A stretch of DNA of 49,438 nucleotides from a candidate division Zixibacteria bacterium SM23_73_3 (GTDB lineage Bacteria > Zixibacteria > MSB-5A5 > SM1-73), in contig LJUX01000018.1 in assembly GCA_001304155.1 (NCBI GenBank), positions 1 through 49,438 on the forward strand. Reading direction: 5' to 3'. The position numbers and the translations under genes are program-made. The number at the start of each line of letters is the position of its first letter. The stretch's first letter is position 1. Below, in pieces: positions 7,835-17,368 of the stretch. The notes under the pieces are model-generated. The model was not told the origin of the DNA. It was given only the letters and a program-made list of their open reading frames with translations, and ran no database searches.

Positions 7835-10138
7835 TTACCACCAAGACCACACCTCCACCCTCAGATAACGAACGATCCTTCTGGTCAAAAGAGAGGCCAG
7901 TCTCATCTTACCACAATACACTTTGGCATATCCAGACATGCCCGGCTTTAAAAGATAAGCTTTATTTTCTATTTTGCAAGTAACCGGAAAGATTTTTTTT
8001 GCCACCTCCTCATCAGCCGTTAGCGAGATTTTTGTCACCTTACCCCAAAAGGATAGAAAAGGATAACTTCTAACCTTCAGTTTGGCCCGAAGGCCTTCCC
8101 CCAATACATCTAAATCCTTTTCAGATATATTGATCAAAACCCGCATGGTATCTAAATTGGCGATGCTCAAAAGATTTCCCCCAGAGCTTATGGAGGTAAC
8201 CACACCCTGAATGGGGCTTTTTATCTGGGAGGCGGAGATCTGATCCTCCAAAAACTCAAGCTTTGCATCCAGCTTTCTTATCTCCGCCCTTGCCATGGAA
8301 AGCTCTTCTTCTCTGGCACCATTTTTCATAATTTTAAGCTCATTTTTGGCAATTTTGAGCTGATTTGCCAGCACCGAAACCTCCGTCTGAACTTCTTCCA
8401 GTTCTTGACTGCTGATTAAGTTTTTTTGATGCAGATCGGAAAGTCTGGAAAGCTCTCTTTCTTTGAGCTTGAGCTCACTTTGAATTTGAGCCTCCTTGTC
8501 TTTTGCCTGCTGGATGGCTTCCTTTCTGGCACCTTTTTGAAGCAAGGTATAATATTCTTCTGCCTTTTTTAGGGCCGCTTTTGTCTGGGCTAAATCGGAA
8601 AGATAGGAGGGAGAGGAAAGCTCTGCCACTGTCTCTCCTATTTTCACCTTCTGGCCCTCCTTCACCTTAGTCACCAGGTTTAAACTGGTGTAATCGTCTG
8701 CAAAAAGCCGAAGCAGATTCACCGATTTTTTCTCCTGGCTTCCTCCCTGAAATAACTCGGAGATCACGGTTCCATCCGGAGAGCTTTTCAAGACGAAATA
8801 TTCCAGAGCCTGTATCTCACAGGGGCTGCCTATCTTCAGCTCCAACTTTACTAAAAATAATACAAGCACCAGCGCCACGACTATGGCAGAATAGATTATA
8901 ATCTTTTTGGGAACCAATATCTTCTCCTTTTTTATAAAAAGGAATTGAGATATTCCTGCCAGAGTTACCCTGGCAGGTTGTCTCAAAATAAGAAAAATCA
9001 AAAGCAAAAACAAGATAAATCCGAACCCGCCCAATTGAGAAACTAAAAAGCGCTCCACCTGGATGAAGACGTAGGAGAGGAGTAAAGCCGAATAAAGAAG
9101 AGAAAGAATACCGTACCAGATGTATATTTTTTTTGCCCGGGGGGAGACTTCAATTCTTGAGTCCTTCGGTTTGAGAAATCTTTTCTTTAAAAGTGCGGAG
9201 ATATATCCGAAGGCTTTTTGCCTTAAATTGGGAATCTCCAGATAATCGGTTAAAAGATAGTATCCATCCAACTTTATCAGGGGATTGAAATTGAAAAGAA
9301 CGGTTATTCCGGAGGTGATGACCACTACAAAAAGGAAACTGGAAAGTCCGGTGTCAAGGGCGGTGATCCTCCACAAAATGGTGGCAACTGCCCACACGAA
9401 TATCTGGCAATATGCCCCGGCAAAGGTGACTTGAAGCCTTTTTGATTTCTCCTTGAAAAGATAGGCGTCGCTTACGTTGCAGAAGAAACAGGGCTGGAAA
9501 TAAAGCAAAAGAAAGCCCATCTCATGCACCTCTCCTCCGAAGTATTTACAGGTCAGGGCATGGGCGAACTCGTGCAGGACCACCACCAAAAATATGGCTA
9601 TCCAGATCTTGAAGATGGTGGCGATCTTGAAAATCCCCGAAAAGCTATATCCTAAATCCGCCCAGCTGGAGATGGTGATGGCTGTTGCCAGAAAGATAAT
9701 AAACAAGGAAAAGAACAGAAAGTAGGGGGTAAAAATAAATCTGGTGAACCTTATCATTCTGTTCAGAAGCCGGTCCGGGTCGAATCCTTTCAGCTTTATG
9801 AAAAGGAGCTTTCCCGGAAGGGCCCTTTTCTGATATTGAAGCCGGGCAAGTTCTCTTTCTGAGATCTCGCTCTCTAAGAATCCTAAGCTTTCTAAACGCT
9901 GGATAAATTTTTCCAGAGTATCTAAGGGGAGTCGAATATTGAAATGTGCTTCAAAACTTAAAGCTATCTGTTCAGGCGGGGTTTCTCCGTTAAGCTTCTG
10001 AGTGATGAAATACTCAAATTCTTTGATACGGAAGAACTTTTGGGTGATGGGATCTTTTATCACATAGTAGGTGATCTTCTCAAACTTCTGCTGGCTGATG
10101 ATCAGGTCATCTCGGAATTTTGGATAGCTTTCTTTCAT
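7835..10138 (-). CDS. PqqD/RRE-like + site-2 (M50) zinc peptidase + HlyD membrane-fusion protein
   Basis: N-terminal YVIKDP...FFRI...L.G...F...L...GFLE module; HEFAH and NFNPLIKLDG M50 motifs in a multi-TM region; coiled coil, IKSPIQGVV and LKPGMSGYAKV of HlyD adaptors. Confidence 0.88.
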   Translation of the reverse strand: MKESYPKFRDDLIISQQKFEKITYYVIKDPITQKFFRIKEFEYFITQKLNGETPPEQIALSFEAHFNIRLPLDTLEKFIQRLESLGFLESEISERELARLQYQKRALPGKLLFIKLKGFDPDRLLNRMIRFTRFIFTPYFLFFSLFIIFLATAITISSWADLGYSFSGIFKIATIFKIWIAIFLVVVLHEFAHALTCKYFGGEVHEMGFLLLYFQPCFFCNVSDAYLFKEKSKRLQVTFAGAYCQIFVWAVATILWRITALDTGLSSFLFVVVITSGITVLFNFNPLIKLDGYYLLTDYLEIPNLRQKAFGYISALLKKRFLKPKDSRIEVSPRAKKIYIWYGILSLLYSALLLSYVFIQVERFLVSQLGGFGFILFLLLIFLILRQPARVTLAGISQFLFIKKEKILVPKKIIIYSAIVVALVLVLFLVKLELKIGSPCEIQALEYFVLKSSPDGTVISELFQGGSQEKKSVNLLRLFADDYTSLNLVTKVKEGQKVKIGETVAELSSPSYLSDLAQTKAALKKAEEYYTLLQKGARKEAIQQAKDKEAQIQSELKLKERELSRLSDLHQKNLISSQELEEVQTEVSVLANQLKIAKNELKIMKNGAREEELSMARAEIRKLDAKLEFLEDQISASQIKSPIQGVVTSISSGGNLLSIANLDTMRVLINISEKDLDVLGEGLRAKLKVRSYPFLSFWGKVTKISLTADEEVAKKIFPVTCKIENKAYLLKPGMSGYAKVYCGKMRLASLLTRRIVRYLRVEVWSWW

Positions 10139-10288
10139 AAAGCTTCACTTATTTGACTGAATGAAAAACCAGTGGGAAATCGCCTCTTCGCCCCTAATTT
10201 AGCATGTTAAAACAAAGCAGGCAAGGCAAATCTTAGAGAGTGGTTTCTCTTCCGAGCACATCGTTTCCTAAATAATGTTACAACAATT

Positions 10289-10544
10289 TGTCATGGCGGG
10301 TCCCGATGAAACCGGGACGAAGTAATCTCATTTAATTCCGACTACTTAGAGATTGTTTCGCCGAGTTCCCTCTCTGACGCTCGGGACAAGCCCCGCGATG
10401 ACAGTTGCTTTTTGTGTCATGGCGAACGAAGCGAAGCAATCTTTTAGTAGGGGCGATTCATGAATCACCCCTACATAGTCGAGTTCCATTGCTTGCCCCC
10501 TCACTTCGTTCGGGGCTTCAGTTCGGCATGAATCTCGCCATGAT
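10289..10544. repeat. Two TGTCATGGCG...GAAG(T/C)AATC palindromic elements, the second enclosing a GTAG REP (10447-10475)
   Basis: Termini tgtcatggcg...cgcgatgaca (10289-10403) and tgtcatggcg...cgccatgata (10415-10544) with internal hairpins. Confidence 0.7.
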
Positions 10545-10770
10545 AGATTAAAATATAATGTTATTCTGGCGATGTTTCATTTGTGGGACCTTCATTTATC
10601 AAACCCGCCAAAGGCGGGGTCGGATGAATCCGACTACCTACTCTCATTTCGTTTTTTAAGAGGAGGTATGCAGGATTCAGGGTGCAACTGAATGCCAAGT
10701 AAAAACTGGTCTAAAGGACAATTTTCGTCCTGTATTGCCAAAAAAAGTGTAAAAATATGCAATTTTTCTC

Positions 10771-10800
10771 TTGACAAGCAGGAGATATGTTGTATATTAT
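10771..10800 (+). promoter_or_regulatory. Sigma70-type promoter ahead of the large exoprotein gene
   Basis: TTGACA followed after 16-18 nt by TATATT/TATTAT. Confidence 0.55.
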
Positions 10801-11129
10801 ATTCGAAAAGAGCCTATGTAGCAAAGTAATTGTAAAGGTTTTAGGTTTACCCCTTCATAAAAAGACAGGCTGAGCAGAAATTTGTGAATTTCTGGAAAGA
10901 ATGAGTCTGTCTCTTTTTACATATTCCTTTCCTGCTCTACCTTAAGTTGTTGAAATCCACATTGCAGAGGATTTATTAAACTGAAAACTTTTAACAAAAA
11001 TACCGAAAGGAGTTTCTATCGAGTATAAGTTTTGAACAATTGCTATCTAAGGCTCTAAGGCTCTTTTATAGAGGGGGAGTTTGAAGTGATAAAAGATAGC
11101 AGCTATGTTTTTGCATAGGAGGATTTGAA

Positions 11130-14100
11130 ATGAAAAGTAAAACCAAGCTTTTAATCATCTTAGCCATTGCCGTGATGCTTGTGTGGGGAAGCTCTTATCT
11201 GTTCCTGCCAGACACCGGTGCACAGAAATCTGCGGATCAGACAACGGCTTCGCGGGGTGCTTATCCTTATTCTACCGTGGCGGCAAAACCGGACAAAGTT
11301 GAAGGCTATCAGCCTCCGCGCACTGTTCGCTACGGTATAGAGAAACGGGTTCTGCAGAAGCGAGAAGGTGGCGAAGACTGTGCTTCGGCAACCCCCATCA
11401 CCAGCCTCCCTTCCTATACCACCGGTTATACCTGCGACAACGTCAATGACTACGACGAGGTCTGTCCTTATAGCGGCAGCACTGCTAAAGACGTAGTTTA
11501 CTCTTATGCGCCGGGCGCAGATGAGACGGTGAATATTGATTTGGGTGGTTCCTATTATGACACCAAGGTGTACGTATATGAGGACAACTGTGTTTCTCCT
11601 TACTACGCCTGCAACGATGATTATTACCCGGACTATACCTCCGCCATAATGGGATTAGATATCTACGCCGGTCATACTTACTACATCGTTGTGGACGGTT
11701 ACGGCAGTTCCTGCGGTGATTACGTTCTTAGCGTTGAGAGCGTCGAACCTTGCGACGTTGTGTGCCCAGGGGAAGGCATCCCCGAGGATGAACCAGTTTG
11801 CACGGATAACTGGGAGGACATATGGAACGGTGGATGCAATTCGGACCCAAATGTGTTTGAAGACGTCAATTGCGATGACATAATCTGCGGAACCTCCGGG
11901 ACTTATGACTACTATGGATCTAACTACAGGGATACCGATTGGTTCAGGGTCACGCTGACGGATCCAGCTACCCTCACTTGGAAGGTAGTGGCTGAGTTCC
12001 CGTTGTTGATCTTCGTCATAGAGGAGAGCGATTGTGCGGCTCCTATTATTCTCGGCTCTGCCACCGCCGATATGTGCGACACCGCTACGTTGGCCTTCGA
12101 AGTGCCAGCCGGAGTTTACTGGCTCTGGGTTGGTCCATCAGTATTTGAGGGAGTTCCCTGTGGGAAGGAGTATGTGGGTATAGTAGGATGTGAAGTCGCC
12201 GAAACTGGCGCCTGCTGTTATGACCTTGATCCTTACACCTGTACCATGGAGACGCCGGAAGATTGCGCCGCCATGCCCGATCATACCTTCTTAGGTTTGG
12301 GCACAAATTGCGGTCCTCCCAACCCCTGCCTGCCCGGTCCGGATAATGACGACTGCGAGGATGCTGTGCCCGTTACTCCTGGAGTGCCAGTGTACGGTAC
12401 AAACATTGGTGCCACGATCGATTGTCCGGGCGTGTTGGATTGGAATGCAGTGTGGTACACATTTGAGTTGCCTTATGATTGCAACGACCTCTTCATCGAC
12501 TTCTGCCCCACGGACGGCTATATATACACGGTTGGTGTTGTCCTGTATGACGAGTGTCCCCCGGACTGTCCCAACTATATTCTTCGCACCGGCTACCAAT
12601 GGGTGACCTGTACCAGCGGCTGGGATAACCCGCAGATATGGTGGAATAGTCTGCCAGGCGGGACCTACTGGTTCCCAGCTTACGTGGAGGATGAAAGTGC
12701 TAACCCCATGGACTTCGGGTTTGAAATTACCGTTGAGGAATGCCCTGGACCTCCGCCCAATGACGACTGTGTGAATGCCGAAGCAGTGGGTGACGTAGTA
12801 GACCTTGCCTTCAACACCGATGCCGCTACTAACGATGGTGATGGGACTTGTATGTCTTCACCCAACATCTGGTACTGCTATACTGCCACTTGCACCGGCG
12901 ATGCCACGGTCAGCCTGTGTGGTTCTGACTATGACACCAAACTGGCGGTTTATGATGGCTGCACTTGCGATCCGTTAGGCACTGAGATTGAATGCAATGA
13001 CGACTACTGTGGTCTGCAGTCGCAGATCACCTTTTTGGCAGAGGAGGGTCATGAATACCTAGTCGAGGTGGGTGGTTACAGCTCCAATACCGGTGATGGC
13101 ATATTGAACATCTATTGCGTGGGTGCCGACCAAGGCGCCTGCTGCAATGACTTGGAGCCATATGACTGCCAGGTATTGTCGGAAGCAGAATGCAACGTTC
13201 TGCCTGATCACACCTTCTTAGGGGTCGGCACAGATTGCGATCCCAACCCCTGCGTCCCTGGTAACACCTGCGACCTTCCCATAGAAGTCGAACTGCCGTT
13301 GGATCTGCCCTACATGGATCGGGATCAGTATACCTGCGGCAGGGGCGATAACTACGACGCAACCTGCCTGGGCTACTACGATGGCGGCGAAGACATTATC
13401 TACGAGTTGAACGTTACCGAGGCTGTCTCCGTGATGATAACTTTTGATCCGAAAGGCACCACCTGGAACGGAATCGCTCTGGACGATGCATGCCCGCTGG
13501 ATCCGTCAACTTGCCTTTACACGTATACCCAATCTGGCAGTTCGGTCCACAGCTTTGAGTATGACTTCGGCGTGGGCACTTACTACATTCAGATTGATAC
13601 CTGGCCCAGCCCGGATTGTATACCGGATTTCGATCTGACCATCGACCCGCTTGGACCGGAGATCGAGGTGACCCCAGCCAGCTTCGAAGAGGTGCTTAAT
13701 CCAGATCCCCCCAACAACACCGCCGATGAGACCATGAACATAACTAACACCGGATACGAGGATCTCAATTACGATATAACCGAGGATCCGGAAGTTGCCT
13801 GGCTGAGCTGTTCACCCACCTCCGGCACGGTGTTACCCGGTTTGACCGATCCTGTGACCGTCTCTTTTGACGCATCCGGGATGGGCGTGGGCGATTACTA
13901 CACCGATCTGGTCGTGACCAGCAACGCCCTGACAGACCCCGTAGTCACAGTTCCGGTTCATCTGGTGGTGGAGCTACCTCCGGATATCGATGTGGATCCC
14001 TCAATTTCGATGGGAGTCCTCCCCGGATGCAGTATGCCGAAGGGCTTCAGAATTGACAACTTAGGAGAAGGAGAGCTGAGGTATGAGATCTCGGTTGAAC

Positions 14101-15458
14101 AGACTGCTCCTCCACTTGGGGCACCAGGCCCGAACAATATCCACCAAGCCTTGGAGGCTATTCGGAAGGCGGGGAGAACGAACCCCGACCTTGCTCCAAA
14201 GGAAGCCTACAAGATCATCGGCGCTAAGAGGTTGACAGCAGAGCATATCAGCACCGGAGTCTCGGAGGGACTGCTACTCTCTGCTGGCGCTGAGCCGCAG
14301 GCAGACATCCTTCTGGTGGACGACGATGGTGGACTTCCCGGCGGCAGCTACTATGATATCGAAGACATATACATGAATGCTCTGGACGCCGGCGGTTATA
14401 TCTACGATTACTATGTTGTGGACTGGACCAATCCTAACTCCCCTGGCCCTGATATCAGCATCCTGGAGTTATACAACTGCGTGATCTGGTTCTGTGGAGA
14501 GACCTGGGGTTACTACACCCCAGACGACACCTTCATCCCCACCGACGAAGCAAACGTGGCGGCCTATCTGGATGGTGGTGGCAATTTCTTCCTGTCTGCA
14601 CAGGATTACCTCTGGGATGTGTATCCATCTGCGGGATCCTTCTCTCCGGGTCAATTCCCTTACGACTATCTGCATCTGGCTTCCGTATCACAGGATGTGA
14701 TCAACGATCCGTATACCTGTGCCGGTCTTCCGGGATCAGTTGCCGAGGGCATGAGTTTCCAGACCCTGAGATTCACGGATAACCCCGACGTTCCCTTGTG
14801 GACTGACTACCTATATACCCAGTCTGCAGCCGCAGTGGATGTGTTCGACGCCCAGGGAGGAGTCTCAGCCATACAGTACGACGCAGGCAACTACAAGGTG
14901 ATCTTTACCACAACTCCCTTCCCGGGTCTGGTTGACGCCTCACCCAGCACCAGGGCTGAGCTGATGGCCAGCATCGTAGATTGGTTCGGGTGCAGCGTTC
15001 CTGCTTGCCCGTTTATAGTTACTCCGGATGAGGGAACAATCCCACCAGACAGCTTCTTCGATGTAGTTCTCACCTTTGACGGAGAAGCGTTTGAGGAGTG
15101 CGTGGATGACATCATGACCTGTTATCTGGTGATCAGCTCCAACGATCCGATTGACCCTGTGGTATCGGTTCAAGTCGATATGTGGTCTGGCAGAGGAGAT
15201 GTGTTTTACCCACCCGATCCTTGTGTGCTCGACTTAGGAGACGTGCTGTTTTTGATCAACTATGTGTTGAAGGACGGACCTGCTCCTGATCCTCTCTGCA
15301 TGGGTGACTGCGATCCCTCTCATGACGGGATGATAGATTTAGCAGACGTGGTGTATCTGATACAATACCTGTATGAGGGTGGTATGCCACCTGTGGCAGC
15401 ACCTGAGACTGGTCAACCTTCCACCATCAAGCAACCAGCACCAATGGAACGCAAATAA
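11130..15458 (+). CDS. Large secreted Cys/Asp-rich multidomain protein with repeated PPC-like beta modules, GACC repeats, Ig-like domains and C-terminal dockerin
   Basis: Signal peptide; repeated NDDC..A...DTK..VY...CNDD modules; ILLVDDDG alpha/beta domain; duplicated D.GDV..LINY..GP.P dockerin-like helices; SD AGGAGG. Confidence 0.85.
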   Translation: MKSKTKLLIILAIAVMLVWGSSYLFLPDTGAQKSADQTTASRGAYPYSTVAAKPDKVEGYQPPRTVRYGIEKRVLQKREGGEDCASATPITSLPSYTTGYTCDNVNDYDEVCPYSGSTAKDVVYSYAPGADETVNIDLGGSYYDTKVYVYEDNCVSPYYACNDDYYPDYTSAIMGLDIYAGHTYYIVVDGYGSSCGDYVLSVESVEPCDVVCPGEGIPEDEPVCTDNWEDIWNGGCNSDPNVFEDVNCDDIICGTSGTYDYYGSNYRDTDWFRVTLTDPATLTWKVVAEFPLLIFVIEESDCAAPIILGSATADMCDTATLAFEVPAGVYWLWVGPSVFEGVPCGKEYVGIVGCEVAETGACCYDLDPYTCTMETPEDCAAMPDHTFLGLGTNCGPPNPCLPGPDNDDCEDAVPVTPGVPVYGTNIGATIDCPGVLDWNAVWYTFELPYDCNDLFIDFCPTDGYIYTVGVVLYDECPPDCPNYILRTGYQWVTCTSGWDNPQIWWNSLPGGTYWFPAYVEDESANPMDFGFEITVEECPGPPPNDDCVNAEAVGDVVDLAFNTDAATNDGDGTCMSSPNIWYCYTATCTGDATVSLCGSDYDTKLAVYDGCTCDPLGTEIECNDDYCGLQSQITFLAEEGHEYLVEVGGYSSNTGDGILNIYCVGADQGACCNDLEPYDCQVLSEAECNVLPDHTFLGVGTDCDPNPCVPGNTCDLPIEVELPLDLPYMDRDQYTCGRGDNYDATCLGYYDGGEDIIYELNVTEAVSVMITFDPKGTTWNGIALDDACPLDPSTCLYTYTQSGSSVHSFEYDFGVGTYYIQIDTWPSPDCIPDFDLTIDPLGPEIEVTPASFEEVLNPDPPNNTADETMNITNTGYEDLNYDITEDPEVAWLSCSPTSGTVLPGLTDPVTVSFDASGMGVGDYYTDLVVTSNALTDPVVTVPVHLVVELPPDIDVDPSISMGVLPGCSMPKGFRIDNLGEGELRYEISVEQTAPPLGAPGPNNIHQALEAIRKAGRTNPDLAPKEAYKIIGAKRLTAEHISTGVSEGLLLSAGAEPQADILLVDDDGGLPGGSYYDIEDIYMNALDAGGYIYDYYVVDWTNPNSPGPDISILELYNCVIWFCGETWGYYTPDDTFIPTDEANVAAYLDGGGNFFLSAQDYLWDVYPSAGSFSPGQFPYDYLHLASVSQDVINDPYTCAGLPGSVAEGMSFQTLRFTDNPDVPLWTDYLYTQSAAAVDVFDAQGGVSAIQYDAGNYKVIFTTTPFPGLVDASPSTRAELMASIVDWFGCSVPACPFIVTPDEGTIPPDSFFDVVLTFDGEAFEECVDDIMTCYLVISSNDPIDPVVSVQVDMWSGRGDVFYPPDPCVLDLGDVLFLINYVLKDGPAPDPLCMGDCDPSHDGMIDLADVVYLIQYLYEGGMPPVAAPETGQPSTIKQPAPMERK
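12207..13253 (+). repeat. Two intragenic GACC...PDHTFLG.GT.C..NPC repeats (about 12207-12330 and 13134-13253)
   Basis: Visible in protein and DNA (gatca(t/c)accttcttagg; cccaacccctgc). Confidence 0.85.
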
Positions 15459-15490
15459 TTTCTAACCTCTATCCTGAGGATTAGAAAGTC

Positions 15491-15525
15491 CAAGAGCCCC
15501 GCCAAAGGCGGGGCTCTTGTTTTTT
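15491..15525 (+). terminator. Intrinsic terminator
   Basis: CAAGAGCCCCGCC-AAA-GGCGGGGCTCTTG followed by a T tract. Confidence 0.88.
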
Positions 15526-15580
15526 ATCTTCCGGTCAAGAATTTATTTCTTTGAAAGGATGAGTTTCTGCAGGGAGTAAA

Positions 15581-15639
15581 TGTAGCGGCAACCTTTGGGT
15601 TTCCACGTTTTGAATGGAAGGCTGAAGTCTTCCGCTACA
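15581..15639. repeat. GTAG-type REP-like element
   Basis: tgtagcgg...ccgctaca termini. Confidence 0.6.
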
Positions 15640-15804
15640 TACATTTGGAAGATGTGTTTTGTATGCTCTTTTGATTTGGGATGAACCGGATCAGTTAGGG
15701 GATTGAATCAATTTTAAAAATAAGAAGTTATTCTTTCCTCCATCCTGTCGCTTGAGAAGGGGACGTTTCACCTTATGGTGAGATGGTTGATTAGGCGAAA
15801 AATA

Positions 15805-17118
15805 TTAAAATACTAAGAATTTCAGCTTCAGTCCACTGCTAAATTTCCTTATCTTTTGAAGATTTTCTTTTTTCCCTCTTATCTTTAGACGAATGCCCTC
15901 CTTTTCAAATCTGCTTTCCGTTACTATGCCAATTTTGTAAACGCAAGGAAGCAGTTCTGAGTCCCCATCCCGTAGATAAAGCCAAGCTTCTGCCCACTCT
16001 CCTTTTGCGAATTCAGCTATTCTCTCAGCTAAATCAGAAATGCCAATCTGATTCTGGGCTGACACCAAGAGTTCGTCATCTTTCTGCTCAGAATAAGGTG
16101 AAAGGTTAAAAGGATATTTCCCGGAGAGCTTATCAATCTTATTGTAGATAAAAAGAGTAAGTTTGTCCAGTGAGCCAAGCTCGGATAGAACCTGATTGAC
16201 CTTGTTTATATGCTGTAAAAAGTCGGGATGGCTGATATCCACCACATGCAACAAGAGGTCAGCCAGCTTCACCTCGTCTAAGGTGGATTTGAAAGAGGCA
16301 ATCAGATGATGCGGGAGCTTCCTTATGAAACCAATTGTATCGGTGATGACGATCTTAACACCTTCTTTTAGCTTTCCATTATCAGTAACTTTCAAAAGAC
16401 GGGTGGTGGAATCTAAGGTGGCAAAAAGCTTCTCCTCCACAAAGGCTGAAGAGGAGGTGAGTTGATTGAAAAGGGTGGATTTTCCCACGTTGGTGTAACC
16501 CACCAGGGTGACCTTGAATATATCTTCCCTTCTTTTCCTCTGGACGGATCTTTCCTTGTCGATCTTCAAAAGACTTTTCTCCAGTTCCTGAATTTTCTTA
16601 TTCACCCTTCTTTTGTCCATCTCCAGCTGGGTTTCACCAGGACCTTTGGTTCCAATTCCTCCCCACTGCCGGGAGAGGTGGGTCCAGCCCCGGGTCAATC
16701 TGGGGAGCAGGTATTTTAGCTGGGCTAACTCCACCTGCACTTGGGCTTCTTTGGATTTGGCTCTTTTGGCAAATATGTCCAAGATCAACCAGCTCCGGTC
16801 AATTACCTTTATATCCAGATTTTTCTCCAGATTATACACCTGAGCCGGAGTAAGATCGTCGTCGAAGATGATAATGTTTGCCCCCAATCTTTGGGACAAA
16901 TTTTTTATCTGGTCTGTTTTCCCTTTTCCAACAAAGAAGGCGGGATTGAGCTTCTGACGTTCCTGGAGCACAGTATCCAAAACCTCTCCTCCTGCTGTCT
17001 CGGTCAGAAGCGCAAGTTCTTGCAAGGATTCCTGGACGGAGAATCTATTTACCGAGGGAAGTTTTACCCCCACCAAGATGGCTTTTTCTTTTGTCCTTAA
17101 TTTGGCTACTTCGAACAA
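15805..17118 (-). CDS. hflX: GTPase HflX
   Basis: ILDIFAKRA, GPGETQLE, GYTNVGKS, LFATLD, DTIGF, NKID. Confidence 0.97.
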   Translation of the reverse strand: MFEVAKLRTKEKAILVGVKLPSVNRFSVQESLQELALLTETAGGEVLDTVLQERQKLNPAFFVGKGKTDQIKNLSQRLGANIIIFDDDLTPAQVYNLEKNLDIKVIDRSWLILDIFAKRAKSKEAQVQVELAQLKYLLPRLTRGWTHLSRQWGGIGTKGPGETQLEMDKRRVNKKIQELEKSLLKIDKERSVQRKRREDIFKVTLVGYTNVGKSTLFNQLTSSSAFVEEKLFATLDSTTRLLKVTDNGKLKEGVKIVITDTIGFIRKLPHHLIASFKSTLDEVKLADLLLHVVDISHPDFLQHINKVNQVLSELGSLDKLTLFIYNKIDKLSGKYPFNLSPYSEQKDDELLVSAQNQIGISDLAERIAEFAKGEWAEAWLYLRDGDSELLPCVYKIGIVTESRFEKEGIRLKIRGKKENLQKIRKFSSGLKLKFLVF

Positions 17119-17368
17119 TTTTCCTTTATAATTTAAAATTGACTCTCCATAATATTATACATTTAAAAGGGCAAAAAAGTGAGCAAAAAGTGCTGGAAAA
17201 ATGAAATTGGCTTAAAAATTTTTTGTTCCTCTTCACCTTACGGCTGAGGTTTGCTTAAAACATCTATTACCGTCATTTTTTATAACAAAATCGGCAAACT
17301 TGTTCTTGCCTGATAGACGGTCAATTCGTATATTGATAGTTCAGCCTTTCTGTGAGGAGAACCAGATT

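Noticed and set aside
10139-11129. RiPP precursor peptide for the RRE-M50-HlyD protein
   Set aside because: Only a 7-codon ORF follows GGAGG near 10668; no credible leader/core peptide found
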